Source of the DNA: Centroscyllium fabricii
Taxonomy: Eukaryota
DNA: 64,000 nt
Assembly (NCBI GenBank): GCA_051313645.2
Contig: JBNRSN020000004.1
Coordinates: 44,516,001-44,580,000 of the forward strand
Reading direction: 5' to 3'
A program made the translations under genes and the position numbers. Shown here in pieces: positions 22,901 through 34,800 of this stretch; position 1 is the first letter of the stretch; each line of letters begins with the position of its first letter. Below the pieces are notes generated by a model, which did no database searches, was not told the origin of the DNA, and worked only from the letters and a program-made list of their open reading frames with translations.

Positions 22901-24709
22901 ATATTAAGATTTTAGGACAGATCGACTGAAGAGAGTATTTTAACCCCTCCGATTGGTGGGAATGGTGCCGGCAGGGGGTTAAGCTAGCGAAGTTGGGGTT
23001 TGCGCTGCATTCCCAACAGACCACCATCTTAACTCCCCTGAAATTAGGATCAGGAAGGCTGCTCACTCCAGAGGAGCTGGGGCTTAATTTAAACTGCAGA
23101 TCTGCACAGTCTCGTATCCGCCAGTAAAAGCTGCTGACAAGCCACATCCGAGCCACAGAATGCCCAGGTAAGTGTTTTTTTTTTTAAATAGTATTTTGCA
23201 ACGGTTCCTTGTGGCCCAGGAGGAACCGGAGTGCTCCTGCTGGCCTAACGAGGATACATTGTGACTCCCCTGGCCCCAACCACCCATCCCATGGTCGTAG
23301 ACTGTACCGATTTCTCCCCCCACACTTCCCTTGTGGCGATTGCTTGCGGCGGCAAATGTTGACGTCATTCCCGCCAACTTAGGCGAAACTCAGTGTTGTG
23401 CATTCATCCAAGGCTCAGGAGTTAAAATCTCCTTGGTCTCGCGTTCTGGGGGGCCAGATGGATCGCAGCCTGCTTCGGCCCTCACATCGCCGATTCCCAC
23501 CCCGATCGGGGTCTCTTCTGGTCCTGTATTTTCTGCCAATACATTGCACAATTGACTTTGCGGCATCTCTCACTAGTTACAGTGTGAAATATTTCCGACA
23601 ATGTAGAACTGTTCATTCAGTGTGTGATTTTAAATTTTCTTGTTTGAAGTGACTACTTCGATTATTGGCACAATTACGAACATTAAGCAGTAGTTGTGAT
23701 ATGTTGAACCACTTGGTGTTAGCACATATGTAAAGAAGACATGTGTGAAACTTGGAATAAATGTGCCAGTGTCTATGGCCACCTAAACCTTTCTTTTGTG
23801 TATTTACATACACACTTTTTCACTGATGAAAACCAACCAACCCACTGATGAAATCCGTGCAATTCAACACACAGTCAGTTTTATTCATGTAACAATGTCA
23901 TACAGAATTAATTCACTCAATCATCCAATCAAGCAGAAAGACCTGGACAGTGTCATTTTGACCTTGTTGCCATACTCCAGTGTTCCTCCTTCCCTCTTTC
24001 TTTGTGTATATGTGTTACCTCAATGGTTCTATTTCTGGCCTTGTCAGCAGTAGTCCCACGTTGCGCTTAGTGAAGGAAAAGATCTCACCTGCTTAATTGA
24101 TCTCCTGGTGCTCTTGAATCGTGTTTTATTTTCTCTTACAGAAGCTATTAAAAGTGTTTTAAACTCGTTTCTCCACAATATTTCAATCTCAGTCATCAGA
24201 GCAGTTCCAAGGTATATTTATTTGTAGTATTGTTACATCAGGCCCTGTTGACTCCAGCCGATCTGCGCTGATCAGATTCTCTTCAGCTCTGGTTTATGCT
24301 GCGCGCTAATTGAGAGTTGCATTAAATGCCATGGGTCCTCACCAGTTACCAACGCCCATAATATTTGCCTCGTTAGTTCATTGATACCTGGATAGCGAAA
24401 CCAGCTCCAAACTGAATGAAATGTACATTTTAACCATTTAGTTCACTGCCAGCTCTCCAAACTGGAATGGCCTCCTTCACTCCCCTATGCAAGGAGTCTT
24501 ATTGTTTTGATTTCTTTAAGACCCACGTCTCTAGGTGCATTAAGTGCAGGTAGGAAGTGTTCTCGAACAATCATCCTAAAAAAGGTAACATCTGTTAGCC
24601 ATATTTAAAATTAGCTCCAAAAGCTCCTCTAAGACTGACAAATTCTCTTCCATTTTCAATCATAAGACTGCTCAACCTTAAAGCTCTAATGTTCTTTAGC
24701 AGTCTAATA

Positions 24710-25090
24710 ACAGGGGTCGGTAATAGGACCACTGCTTTTCTTGATGTATATTAATGACTTGGACTTGGGTGTACAGGGTACAATTTAACAATTTGTAGAT
24801 GACGCAAAACTTGGAAGTATAGTGAACAGTGAGGAGGAGAGAAATAGACTTCAGGAAGACATAGACAGGCTGGTGAAATGGGCGGACATGTTACAGATGA
24901 TAGAGGTGTTCAAAATCATGAGGGGTCTGGACTGAGTAGATAGAGGGAAACTGTTCCCATTGGCAGAAGGGTCGAGAACCATAGGACACAGATTTAAGGT
25001 GATTGGCAAAAGAACCAAAGGTGACTTAAGAAAAAACTGTTTTACGCAGCGAGTGGTTAGGATCTGGAATGCACTACCTAAAAGGTTAGT
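24710..25090 (+). mobile_element. Internally deleted CR1 ORF2 fragment
   Basis: GSVIGPLLFLMYINDLD...FVDDAKLG joined directly to MIEVFKIMRGLD...FTQRVVRIWNALP. Confidence 0.75.
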
Positions 25091-25327
25091 GGTTAACATA
25101 TTGGACAACACTGCATTGGGGCCATGTAACTGACATGCTTCTGGCTCATACCAGGAGGCAGCAATGAGAGGGCACAAATTGATGATCACAAAGCATTAAA
25201 GGGGAGTGCAGAAAAAAAGTCTCCACACCGAAGGCGGTTAGAATGTGGAATTCTGTCTCAAACCTTTGGTGACGTAGAGTCCCTAACTGTTTTGGAAGAA
25301 AATTCTATAGTTGCCTCAAAAAAGAAT

Positions 25328-26076
25328 GGCCCGTATTTTCCGATTGCAGGTCTCCCACGGGCAGAGGCCTGCGATCTGGAAAAATCTATGCCCTTATCTG
25401 AGGGCGCCCGGGACGCACACGCTTCCGCTCCTGGGCTTCTCCAAACTTGAAGTGCGCATGGCCCACGTATTCCAGGGACGCAGGTAGTTTGCAGCATCCC
25501 TGGGATCACGTGGGCCATGGGGAGCCAATCACAGAAGGGGATCTCCCTTCATACATTTAACAGGAAGACCTGTCAAACATATGAATGAAGATCACCCCAA
25601 AAACATAGTAAAACTTTAAATAAATTTTTAAAAAGCATCACATTTTTAAAATGACTTGAAATTACAATCATTTAAGTATTTTAAACAAAAGTTTAATTTT
25701 TTGAAAAAAATTATGAAAGTTTTTTACAGGGCTAAAAATAAACTTTAAAAAAGTATTTTAAAATGATGAATCAGTGAAAACATTAAAAAAAAAAAAATTC
25801 AACTCATCCTGGTAAAAGCAGACCTTACACCTGCTTTTACCAGGCGCAGGAATTGTAAGGGTTTTCTGTGGGCGGAGGGTCTCCAAAAAGCGGAACTATC
25901 TGCCCGCAGAGGCCCTTCTCCAGGGCAGCCGGAGGATCTGTCAAGATCATTCTTGGCAGATCAGAAATGCCGGTTTTCAGCGCATGCACTGTGCATGCCT
26001 GAAACCGGCATTTCCGATGTCCCTACGGGCGGGTGCACAGCGCGTCCCCACCTGTAGGGATTGGAATATCTGGGTC
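25328..26076. mobile_element. PIF/Harbinger-type MITE with an AT-rich core
   Basis: TIRs ggcccgtattttccga and ttggaatatctgggtc; 3-bp AAT/AAC duplication shown by the empty-site paralog at 26537-26646. Confidence 0.75.
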
Positions 26077-27310
26077 AACAATAATAAATGATATGAGGAA
26101 CAAACGAGTGTGGGGTTAGACCAGGTGGCTTGTGGAGGAAAATGCTAATGCACATTAGATGGGTCAGATGGTCTATTTTAGAGCTTGTAAAAATCTATGA
26201 TTTTCATAATTCGTGAGAAAAACAATTTGTACAATGATCTCAGAGAGCTTTAGTAATTGCAGCTTGATTGGTTAGTGGCTTACATCTTGAAGTAAGGATA
26301 CACTAGACTGCGCCTTGTATTTCTAGCTTTCTCAGCTCCAAATGCTTCCCTTGCCAGTCAGGGCAAGTAGCTTAACTTCAAGCAGTTTGGCTAGCTCTGT
26401 TGCTGAAAGAGACTTTGACTGATTCCACCCCCTCCCCATTTCCTTGCCAATCTATGCAATCATTTCTTTCTGTTCGGCCAGTAAACCAACCCATCACCAA
26501 GCTGAGATTGGTGAATTGAATGCATTTCTTTGTGTGGAATGTAGAATTCTCTGTCTCAAACCTTTGGTAACGTAGAGTCCCTAACTGCTTTGGAAGAGAA
26601 TTCGATAGTTGCCTCAAAAAGAATAATAATAAATGATATGAGGAACTCCAGAAGTTAAATCTCATTGTACTTCTGTTATGGCTACTTCATTGAATCAGTA
26701 TGTAGAGCTGATTCTCGACTCCATAGGGAGAACGTAGAGTAGCATACAGAGAGTAGCATAAGTGCTTTTCTGAGCATTAGCCTCTTGATCTAACAATTTG
26801 AGCACTTTGAGATGGCTGTATCCCAAACCTCTTTTAATATTTAAGAGTTCTCATTCAAGTTCCTGGAATCCTTTGATACAATCTTTTATATTTTACTACC
26901 TCATTCAATCTTCATTCCTCCTATTGTAGGTATGGTAACAGGTGGCTAAACAGCATTGACTCTCCTGACTTGCCTCATTACACAACTTGCAATATGTGAC
27001 CTGTTCAAAGCATTTGAAGCTGTTTCATGAAGATTTGAAATGCTATGAAAGCTATCCTGGAAAAAATTATCGTGCTGCTCGGTATTCACACACTACAATT
27101 TCAAGGCTTAGATTGCAGGTCACAGTCAAAGTGTTACTCAGTTCAGCTCTGAGAATTGTATGTGGAAAATGGTATTTAAACCATGCCCCTTTAAAATCAC
27201 TGAGTTATACTCTGACAGTCTGTCCCCACAAGTAACCTTCCATCTCAAGAAACTTGGTGATCCCATATAGGGTTATTGAGAATTCAATCTTATGGCAATC
27301 CTCTGCCATA

Positions 27311-27692
27311 AATAGAAACATAGAAGATAGGAGCAGGAGTAGGCCATTCGGCCCTTCGAGCCTGCTCCGCCATTCAATGAGATCATGGCTGATCATCCAA
27401 ACCCAGCACCCTGTCCCTGCCTTGTCCCCATATCCCTATCGAGCCTGCACCGACACACATCCCACCCTATCCCCATAACCCCACATATTCAATCCCCCTA
27501 ACTAAGGGTCAATTTATCATGGCCAATCAACCTAACCCGCACATCTTTGGACTAAACCGGAGCGCCCGGAGGAAACCCACGCAGACACAGGGAGAATGTG
27601 CAAACTCCACACAGATAGTACCCGAGGCTGGATTTGAACCCTGGTCTCTAGTGCTGCGAGGCAACAGTGCTAACCACTATGCCACAGTGCCG
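27311..27692 (-). mobile_element. HE1-type V-SINE
   Basis: tRNA-like head (cggcactgtggcatagtggttagcactgttgcc...gggttcaaatcc), V domain (tgtgtggagtttgcacattctccc...gggtttcctccggg) and CR1-derived tail. Confidence 0.85.
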
Positions 27693-28082
27693 ACCTACGG
27701 CTTGATTTTGCTGCATGAGTAAAGGGAGACATGTGGCCTCTCACCACCAATGTCTGCAGATTCCCTATTTCCCACACCCCACAGATTTTGAGACCACTCT
27801 TAAGAGAAATATCAGTCTCTCCTCGGCTCTTTGTTGGCTGGATTGAGGGAGAAAGTTGGTTTTCCATCCTGCTAGCCTGTCATTGTCTGCAAGTAGGATC
27901 TGGGCTAGATGAAGGACAGGATTAAACTGAGCCTCCAGTCGATGGCATGGTTCTTGAGATCGGCATCATTTTCTTTCTTTAGTGGGTACTCTGTTAACAC
28001 CTGCTCTCAGTATACAGTTTGAAGTGGAGAAGGGTTATCTTCTGGTTCCAAGATATCTCTTTCAGCATCTTGAATTGTAATA

Positions 28083-28686
28083 CAGGTTGAGCACCGTTAA
28101 TCCGGCACCCTCGAGACCCGGCCGGTGCTGGACCACTGAAAATTCCGAACCACTGAAGGTTCGGGGGGAGCACGCGGTAGAGCACTCCTCGGAGCCCGGA
28201 GTGCGCGGTAGAACACTCCCCGGGGCCCGGAGCATGCGGGGAGAACACTCCCCGGGGCCTGGAGCGCGCGGGTCGAACACTCCCCGGGGCCCGGAGCGCG
28301 CGGGTCGAACACTCCCCGGGGCCCGGAGCGCGCGGGTCGAACACTCCCCGGGAGGTAGCCCGGGGATAGAACACTCCCCGGGAGGTAGCCCGGGGATAGA
28401 ACACTCCCCGGGAGGTAGCCCGGGGATAGAACACTCCCCGGGAGGTAGCCCGGGGATAGAACACTCCCCGGGAGGTAGCCCGGGGATAGAACACTTACAA
28501 AACCTAAAAAAACAGAAACCCCAACAAAACAGAAACCCCAACGCCTTCGGCGCTCGCTCACCTTTCGCGGGAAACGGTGGCTCCGCCGAGCGGCTGCTCC
28601 GCAACATGAAGAGCGTTGGTTTCCAATCGTGCTGGACCACTGAAGCTGCCCAACCATCGGGTGCCGGATTACCGGTGCTCAACCTG
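28083..28686. mobile_element. Tigger-like MITE, copy 3, with an expanded internal minisatellite
   Basis: Same TIRs as copies 1 and 2; TA flanks. Confidence 0.9.
28213..28490. repeat. Compound minisatellite: 4 x 32 bp followed by 5 identical 30-bp units
   Basis: acactccccggggcccggagcgcgcgggtcga-type units from 28213; acactccccgggaggtagcccggggataga x5 at 28341-28490. Confidence 0.95.
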
Positions 28687-30334
28687 TATCCTAATTGTTT
28701 GCCATCCTTCCTCCTTCAGTTTATCACTCAGTTTATTAATATTACATGTAGCATTACAGCTTATTACAACATAAATGTTTTGCTTGAATTTAGGCGACCT
28801 GAAGAAATTACATGGCCCAGGTTTCCTCAACCACCAGATTCACCCTTTGGATCGGTTAGATGATTTTGTAGAGTCTTCATTTTCTATGTACATGTAGCAT
28901 TCTAGGTAATTTGTTAACAAAGTCTTAAGTGATCCCACTACGGAGTCACTTGCAGCAACTTGGATTGTAGAATGTATTTGGCATTGTGAACCAAAGGCTG
29001 CTCATAGTGTGACCACTCTTGAGCCAACTTACGATGGATTGTTCTTAACTCCAATCTGCAAAACAAGATTCAACTGCTTGAAATTTTTAGGAGCTTCTGT
29101 GCTCCAAACTGACCTAAAGCATTTTCGTCTCATTTATATTTGGAGGATGAATGAGCAGCATTTGGTTGCTGACCAGGGAAGGAGTAAATTTTCCCCCATT
29201 CTTTTTGATTTATCGTTCCCTCTACTGCTCTGATGTGAAGCTTAGAATGTTCTCATTTCCGCATCAACTAGTCTCTTGCACCATCTCTGGTTAAGGGAAC
29301 TGAAGAGAGTGTCACAAACAATGCCTCAGTACAGAGTAAGGCTGGGTGAGGCCCTGTCGTTAAAAGGAAAATTCTTCAATTGGCAATATCCTGTAAATTA
29401 ATAATTTGGTTGACTGCCTGTTTATGTAGCGTGAACCACGTTCCAAAGAGTGAAGACTCTATTGACAGTAGGGAATCTAACTTCTCCTGTGTGGGGGAAA
29501 AAACAGCCAGAGGTTATGTTAATATAACGAAAAATCTAACACGTTAACTTTTTCATAATTATGTTCAATTCCTTAGTGTTATTACTTCTACTACTGATCC
29601 TGTTAAACAAACAAAAATATTTAATGTGCAGAACCATAAATCAGGGTTATGTAAATGTTGCCATTTAAAAAATAAAAAAAAACTTTATTACAGGAAAATG
29701 GTATTTTGTAAATTTCCTGTGTAAATTGTAGTTGGAAACTATACTATTACGAGGAAAATTGCACACATTAGCAAAGTAAATATTCGGAACAGTTATCTGT
29801 GACACAGCACTTCTCTTGATTTGCTTCACAAAAATGGAAATAATAGAATACTTAAAGCAAATCACGGGTAAATGTTTTAAATACCAGTATTGCGACAGCA
29901 GTGTAGAAAATAATGGAGGTCAAAAACCAAGTCCACTTTGTGCCATTTGTGTAATCTGAATTAATTGACTAACATAATGATCCCTAATTATTTACAATGA
30001 ATATTTCAGCAGAAATTTGATTAGACACAAGAGGCCTGATTATCAGACAGCACCCCTGGTGACAAACCTTTATACAGACCTAGCCTCATGCCAAATTCAG
30101 CAAGAAATCTGCACCTTGAGATCAAGACTCTGCTGCCTGGCCGCCATTCCACATTTTCTTTCTCTCTCTTTCGCCATTTGTAATGTGCTGTGCACAGTAC
30201 TCCCCAGCAAATTCCAAAATGTTTGAAATAGGAAAAAAAAGGGTTGCCCCTTTTTCGAGCGGCTGAATAAAACGTTTGTTTTGCCATTGGTATGTCCAAA
30301 AGCATCTCTGTGTACAATAGTATCTCCTTTGCAG

Positions 30335-30576
30335 CAATATACTTACAGCACAGAAACAGACCATTTAGCCCAACAGCTCCATGCCAGTGTTTATGCTCCA
30401 CACGAGCCTCCCACCCTTCAACATATCCTTCTATTCCTTTCTCCCTCGTGTACTTATCTAGCTTTCCCTTAAATGCATCTATGGTGTTTTCCTCAATCAC
30501 TCCATGTGACCGTGAGCTCCACATTCTAACCATTCTCTGGGTAAAGACATTTCTACTGAACTTCCTAGTGGATTTA
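30335..30576 (-). mobile_element. Old CR1 3' fragment (resumes at ~32882-32925)
   Basis: ttacagcacagaaacagaccatttagccc...ttccacattctaaccattctctgggtaaag...ggattta, then tagtgactatcatatttatggc after the insertion. Confidence 0.75.
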
Positions 30577-32101
30577 TGTGGTAAACCACTGTTGTATATA
30601 GTTGCCTTTTGCCTGCGTGTATACATGCCCGGGCATGCCTGAAGCTGACTCCGCCCCTGGCCTACCTGATAAAGGCCAAGCTCCGGGAGCCTGGCCCAGT
30701 ACAAGGAGTTGCCGGTCAGTCTAAGGATGTCCAGGGTTCTCGGTGAATAAAAGCCTCAGTTGTATTCTCAACCTCGCCTCGAGTATAATTGATCGCGCAT
30801 CAATTTTATTCACTAAGAGTTTTGAGATGGACGCCCTCCTGAAGCTATCCACCCTGGAACTCGACCCGAGCGCACCAGAGGCGCCGAGCAGCTTCTCCCA
30901 CTGGCTAACCTGCTTTGAGGGATTCCTGGCGACCTCCGCCAGCACTGTCCAGACGGATGCCCAGAAACTCTTGCTTCTGCAGTCACGGCTCCATCACCGG
31001 GTGTTCCAACTCATCAAGGGAACGACCTCCTACACATCAGCGATGGCCCTCCTCAAGGAGCAGTACGAGCGGCCGACTAACACGGTTTACGTCAGGCACC
31101 TCCTGCTGACTCTCAAACAACGGCCTGGGGAGAGTTTTGCTGGCTTTGTGCGGGCCCTAACTGAGCTCAGCAGAGCCTGCAACTATGAAACGGCCTCGGC
31201 AGGTGAGCACAGGGAGCTGCTAGTCTGAGACGCCATCGTCGCCGGCAGTGTTGTCCGTGAGCGCGCGTTCACGAGCGCGTTCACATTTTCGTGAACGCTG
31301 AACGAGCGCGCTCTTTCCCAGCAGCCTGAGCGAAAACGTGAGCGTCGCTCAGTTTGCAGGGAGTGAGCGGCGCTCTTGCAGCGCTCTTGCGGTATGTGAC
31401 GCATGCGCAGATCGTCTCCCAGCAACACGAGTCGCTGCTGCCTTCCATGCGGGTCGGGGTCTCCTGAAGCCATCGACGGTGAGTATTCCTTGTTTTCTTG
31501 TTTCTCGGTTGAATACTATTTACTTGCTTCTGTTAGTTTATTTTTTATGTTGTTAGCCTGTCCACCATCCCGCTTTCATGTATGGACTCAGCACCTGCAT
31601 TTTTGCAACTCCGGTAGTGCTGTGTTCCTCTTTTTTGTTTTGCTGGTTCGACTTTCTTTTCCCGCCTGTTGAAATTCGCAACATTTCTGTATTGTACAGT
31701 TCATGCATTTCTTGCCTTTTTTCAGTTGTTAATTCAGTTATGTTAGTTTCACTTGCTATAGTTAGTATATAGCTATCATCTGTGAAATTAGTTTCCTCTG
31801 TTGCGTACCCATCTTTCTTACATAGGTACTTCATTAAAAATCCGAACATATCAACGCGCTTACAGTAGTGTTATCTAGTTTTACGATTTTTGTATTTCAA
31901 CAGGCTTACCCAGTCTTCTTTGCTTTCTTCCATCTGTTTTTTTAGGTCTTGAAATTATTTTTCCCCCATCACTTTGTCCATGCTTATTAGGCATCTGGTT
32001 ATCCAGTCTTTTGCTACTGCTTGCAGTATCCATTTAAAGTCTTGGTCTGTGTTTCCGCCGACCCATGCGTTCTTTTTGGATAGTTCTGTGATTACTTTGA
32101 T

Positions 32102-32103
<2 letters not shown>

Positions 32104-32148
<45 letters not shown>
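32104..32148. repeat. (CT)n microsatellite
   Basis: About 22 CT units. Confidence 0.95.
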
Positions 32149-32153
<5 letters not shown>

Positions 32154-32170
32154 TATATATCTTTCCTATT

Positions 32171-32539
32171 TAGAAAGATAGGAGTCATTCAGCCCTTCAA
32201 GCCTGCTCCACCATTCAATGAGATCATGGCTGATCATCCAAACCCTGTAACCCGCCCCTGCCCTCTCCCCATTATCTATCGAGCCTGCACCGACACATAT
32301 CCCACCCTATTCCCATATATTCAATCTCCCTAACACTAAGGGTAAATTTATCCTGGCCAATCAACCTAACCCTGCACATCTTTGGACTGTGGGAGGAAAC
32401 CGGAACACCCGGAGGAAACCCACGCAGACACGGGGAGAATGTGCAAACTCCACACAGATAGTCACCCGAGGCTGGATTTGAACCCGGGTCTCCAGTGCTG
32501 TGAGACAGCAGTGCTAAGCACTGTGCCACCGTGCCACCC
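32171..32539 (-). mobile_element. HE1-type V-SINE nested in the hAT element
   Basis: Homologous to 27311-27692. Confidence 0.85.
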
Positions 32540-33642
32540 TATATACTCAGCCTGTGTATATACATACAGACAGTTCTCTATATCGGATATTTGTTCCTCC
32601 TGCTTCATAATTTGCATTGAGGATGTTCTATTGAAAAATAATAGCTCGGGGCAGCGCATTAGAAGAAAAGAAAAAAAAAAAAGAACTTTGAACTAGTTCA
32701 TTTTTGAGCTGCGAACTTAAGTTCAAAATTCAAAATTATGAACTATGAACTTGAACTAGTTCATTTTAAAATGATTGAACTGAACTTTGAGCTAGCTCTT
32801 GTTAAGTGTGAACTTTCCCAACACTGGTCGCCGGCGTACAATCGGACTACACCCGGAAGAGACTGCTGGAACTAGGGAAACTAGTGACTATCATATTTAT
32901 GGCTGCTAGTTCTGGTCTCGCCAATGTATATTTCATGGGACATATTTCTCAGTACAGTGAATTCAGTATATTTTTGGATCTTTCCAGTCTCCTTTTTGTT
33001 ACGGTATAAACACAATGATCAGCTACCCATTTCTGAACAGGGATTCCAAGAGTTAAGAAGATCTAAATTGAAGTTCTCTTTGCAAACAAATCTTTAGGTT
33101 GCAATGGGGTTTTTTGGCTGTACTTCTATATGTTTTTAATGCACTTGTCATCACCACTTGTCCTCTATTACCCTTGCTTGCAATTTCCTTGTGGTTTGGA
33201 TTTCAAAAGTTTTCCTTTTTTTTTTCCATGCCGTCTTTTTTTTTTGTCAGTTAAATTTAAAGTTCAGCATGAATTTATTTTGCCAGTCCCTTCAGTGTTT
33301 TTCTGTTTCTGCTGAAGGTTATTTTTTCCACAGCTTTGAGCTTGCTGCTCCATTTCCTATGTTTTATTGAAGTTTCTGTAAAAACTAACACATGAAGTGA
33401 GATTTTGGTTTCAGACATTCACCATCAGACTTTGTTTTATTTTTGTCTTGGTCTCTTTTTTTATATATATCTTACAGCGCCATGCAATGCACTGTTCTGT
33501 CCTCGCACCTGCCAAATCCACCACAAACTTCACTGCTCATCAGACAAAACTTTCAAGAACCTGGCAGATTCCTCAATATACATCGCAAAGATGATAGAAA
33601 CTTTTTGTTTTATTAGGCCTGAGAGGTACATTAAATAATTTA

Positions 33643-34800
33643 GGGGGGAATTTTCCCGGGTCCGTGAGGGTGGGATTCTGGTGGGGCGGGGTCTAAAGTC
33701 GCGAAACCGGGGGGTCGCGACACCGCCCCCTCCCCCGCCGGATCCCCGCCGATTTGAAATTTTTCGCGGGCCTGTTTTCCCGCCCTGAATCTTTCCCGCC
33801 TGACACTGGCGGGGCTGATCGTTGTGTTCATTAGGGGTCCTTAATTGGCATTGGTAATCCCATTTTAAGGGCCCCTCATAATTTTCAAGCATTTCAGACC
33901 CATTCTGCACCGTCTGGAAACCCTGCCAGTGAAACCTGGCAGGAACACTATTCTGCTTCTTCACTTTCACCTTCAAGGCATTGAAGCATCTGTAGAAGAA
34001 TGTCTCCCAGACCTTCAACACCCTGGAGGTGCAACTGTTTCCCGGGGCCAACATCAGCTGTGTGAAACACCTTTCAGGAACTTACCTATTAGATGCTTTC
34101 TAAAACCTCAGATACCGAGCTGCTCCTTTCTGTGAGAATCGCAGCGCGTACTCAGCTGTCAATCAACTCTCTTGTGGTTAGCAATCTGTTTGCACTTCAT
34201 TGTGATGTCACAATGGACTTTGTAAACAGAAAGTAACCAAGCACTTCAGGCCTGTCAATCAACTCTGTAATGATATTGAGACTTCCGGCAGGAAGTCGGA
34301 TGAACTCTGCTTATGAACTTCCAGTGACATCACTTCCTGTACATGTCACTTCCTGTGTAGTAGTATAAATTCTGCTGCTATTCAGTCTGAGAATGCTTCT
34401 CCATGTAAATATGTTAAAACTCTTAACTCTGTAAATAGCTGATTAAAGCTTTGCTTAAAGTATTTGATGTGTAAGTCGCTTTTGTCACATCAAACTCTTT
34501 TGTGGTTAGCAATCTGTTTACACTTCATTGTGATGTCACAAAAGACTGTGCAAACAGTGTGTGAGTATCCAGCCACTTCACAGCTGTCAATCAAAAGGCC
34601 GACAATGAGACAAAACCATTCACTACTCCTGACGCTTTCTGACTGGAAAGTGTGTATTCGAATCAGCTCTGACAGGCGGGGAATTAATTGGCCAATTGAG
34701 CCAAAATTGCATGGGCCTCCCAGGCCCTTGAGCGGGCGGGCCAGAAACTCGACCCGCCCAAAACCCGCCAATTCACCGCACCTGCGGGAAAATTCCCCCC
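33643..34800. mobile_element. PIF/Harbinger MITE
   Basis: Perfect 16-bp TIR ggggggaattttcccg / cgggaaaattcccccc; TTA TSD; internal ~100-bp direct repeat (34165-34262 and 34492-34594). Confidence 0.9.

Larger units (their letters stand above)
31246..32826. mobile_element. Non-autonomous hAT transposon
   Basis: Termini cagtgttg and caacactg; perfect 8-bp TSD gtcgccgg (31238-31245 and 32827-32834); subterminal tgaac/gttca repeats. Confidence 0.9.
30577..32881 (+). mobile_element. Truncated Ty3/Gypsy retrotransposon: LTR 30577-30802 plus gag pseudogene from ATG 30827, split by a hAT insertion
   Basis: TG...CA LTR with AATAAA; gag-like MDALLK..LELDP...HWLTCFEGF...RHLLLTLKQRPGES...L.ELSRACNY...LV*DAIVAG|VQSDYTRKRLLE. 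Confidence 0.85.

Noticed and set aside
23150-23175. Strong donor cccag|gtaagt suggesting an extra exon
   Set aside because: Lies inside a GC-rich MITE-like repeat (~22930-23535) with no matching acceptor or SVIL-like frame.
24230-24420. Possible conserved enhancer (gcgcgctaattgagagttgcattaaat, homeodomain-like sites)
   Set aside because: Short motifs alone are not evidence; a cross-species alignment would be needed.
28213-28490. CRISPR-like array of 30-32-bp palindromic repeats
   Set aside because: Units are head-to-tail with no unique spacers, there are no cas genes, and the array lies inside a eukaryotic MITE.
27994-28863. Long overlapping repetitive ORFs (166-258 aa), with similar ones at 14418-14922 and 19533-19883
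   Set aside because: Produced by GC-rich, stop-poor MITE and minisatellite sequence that is open on both strands.
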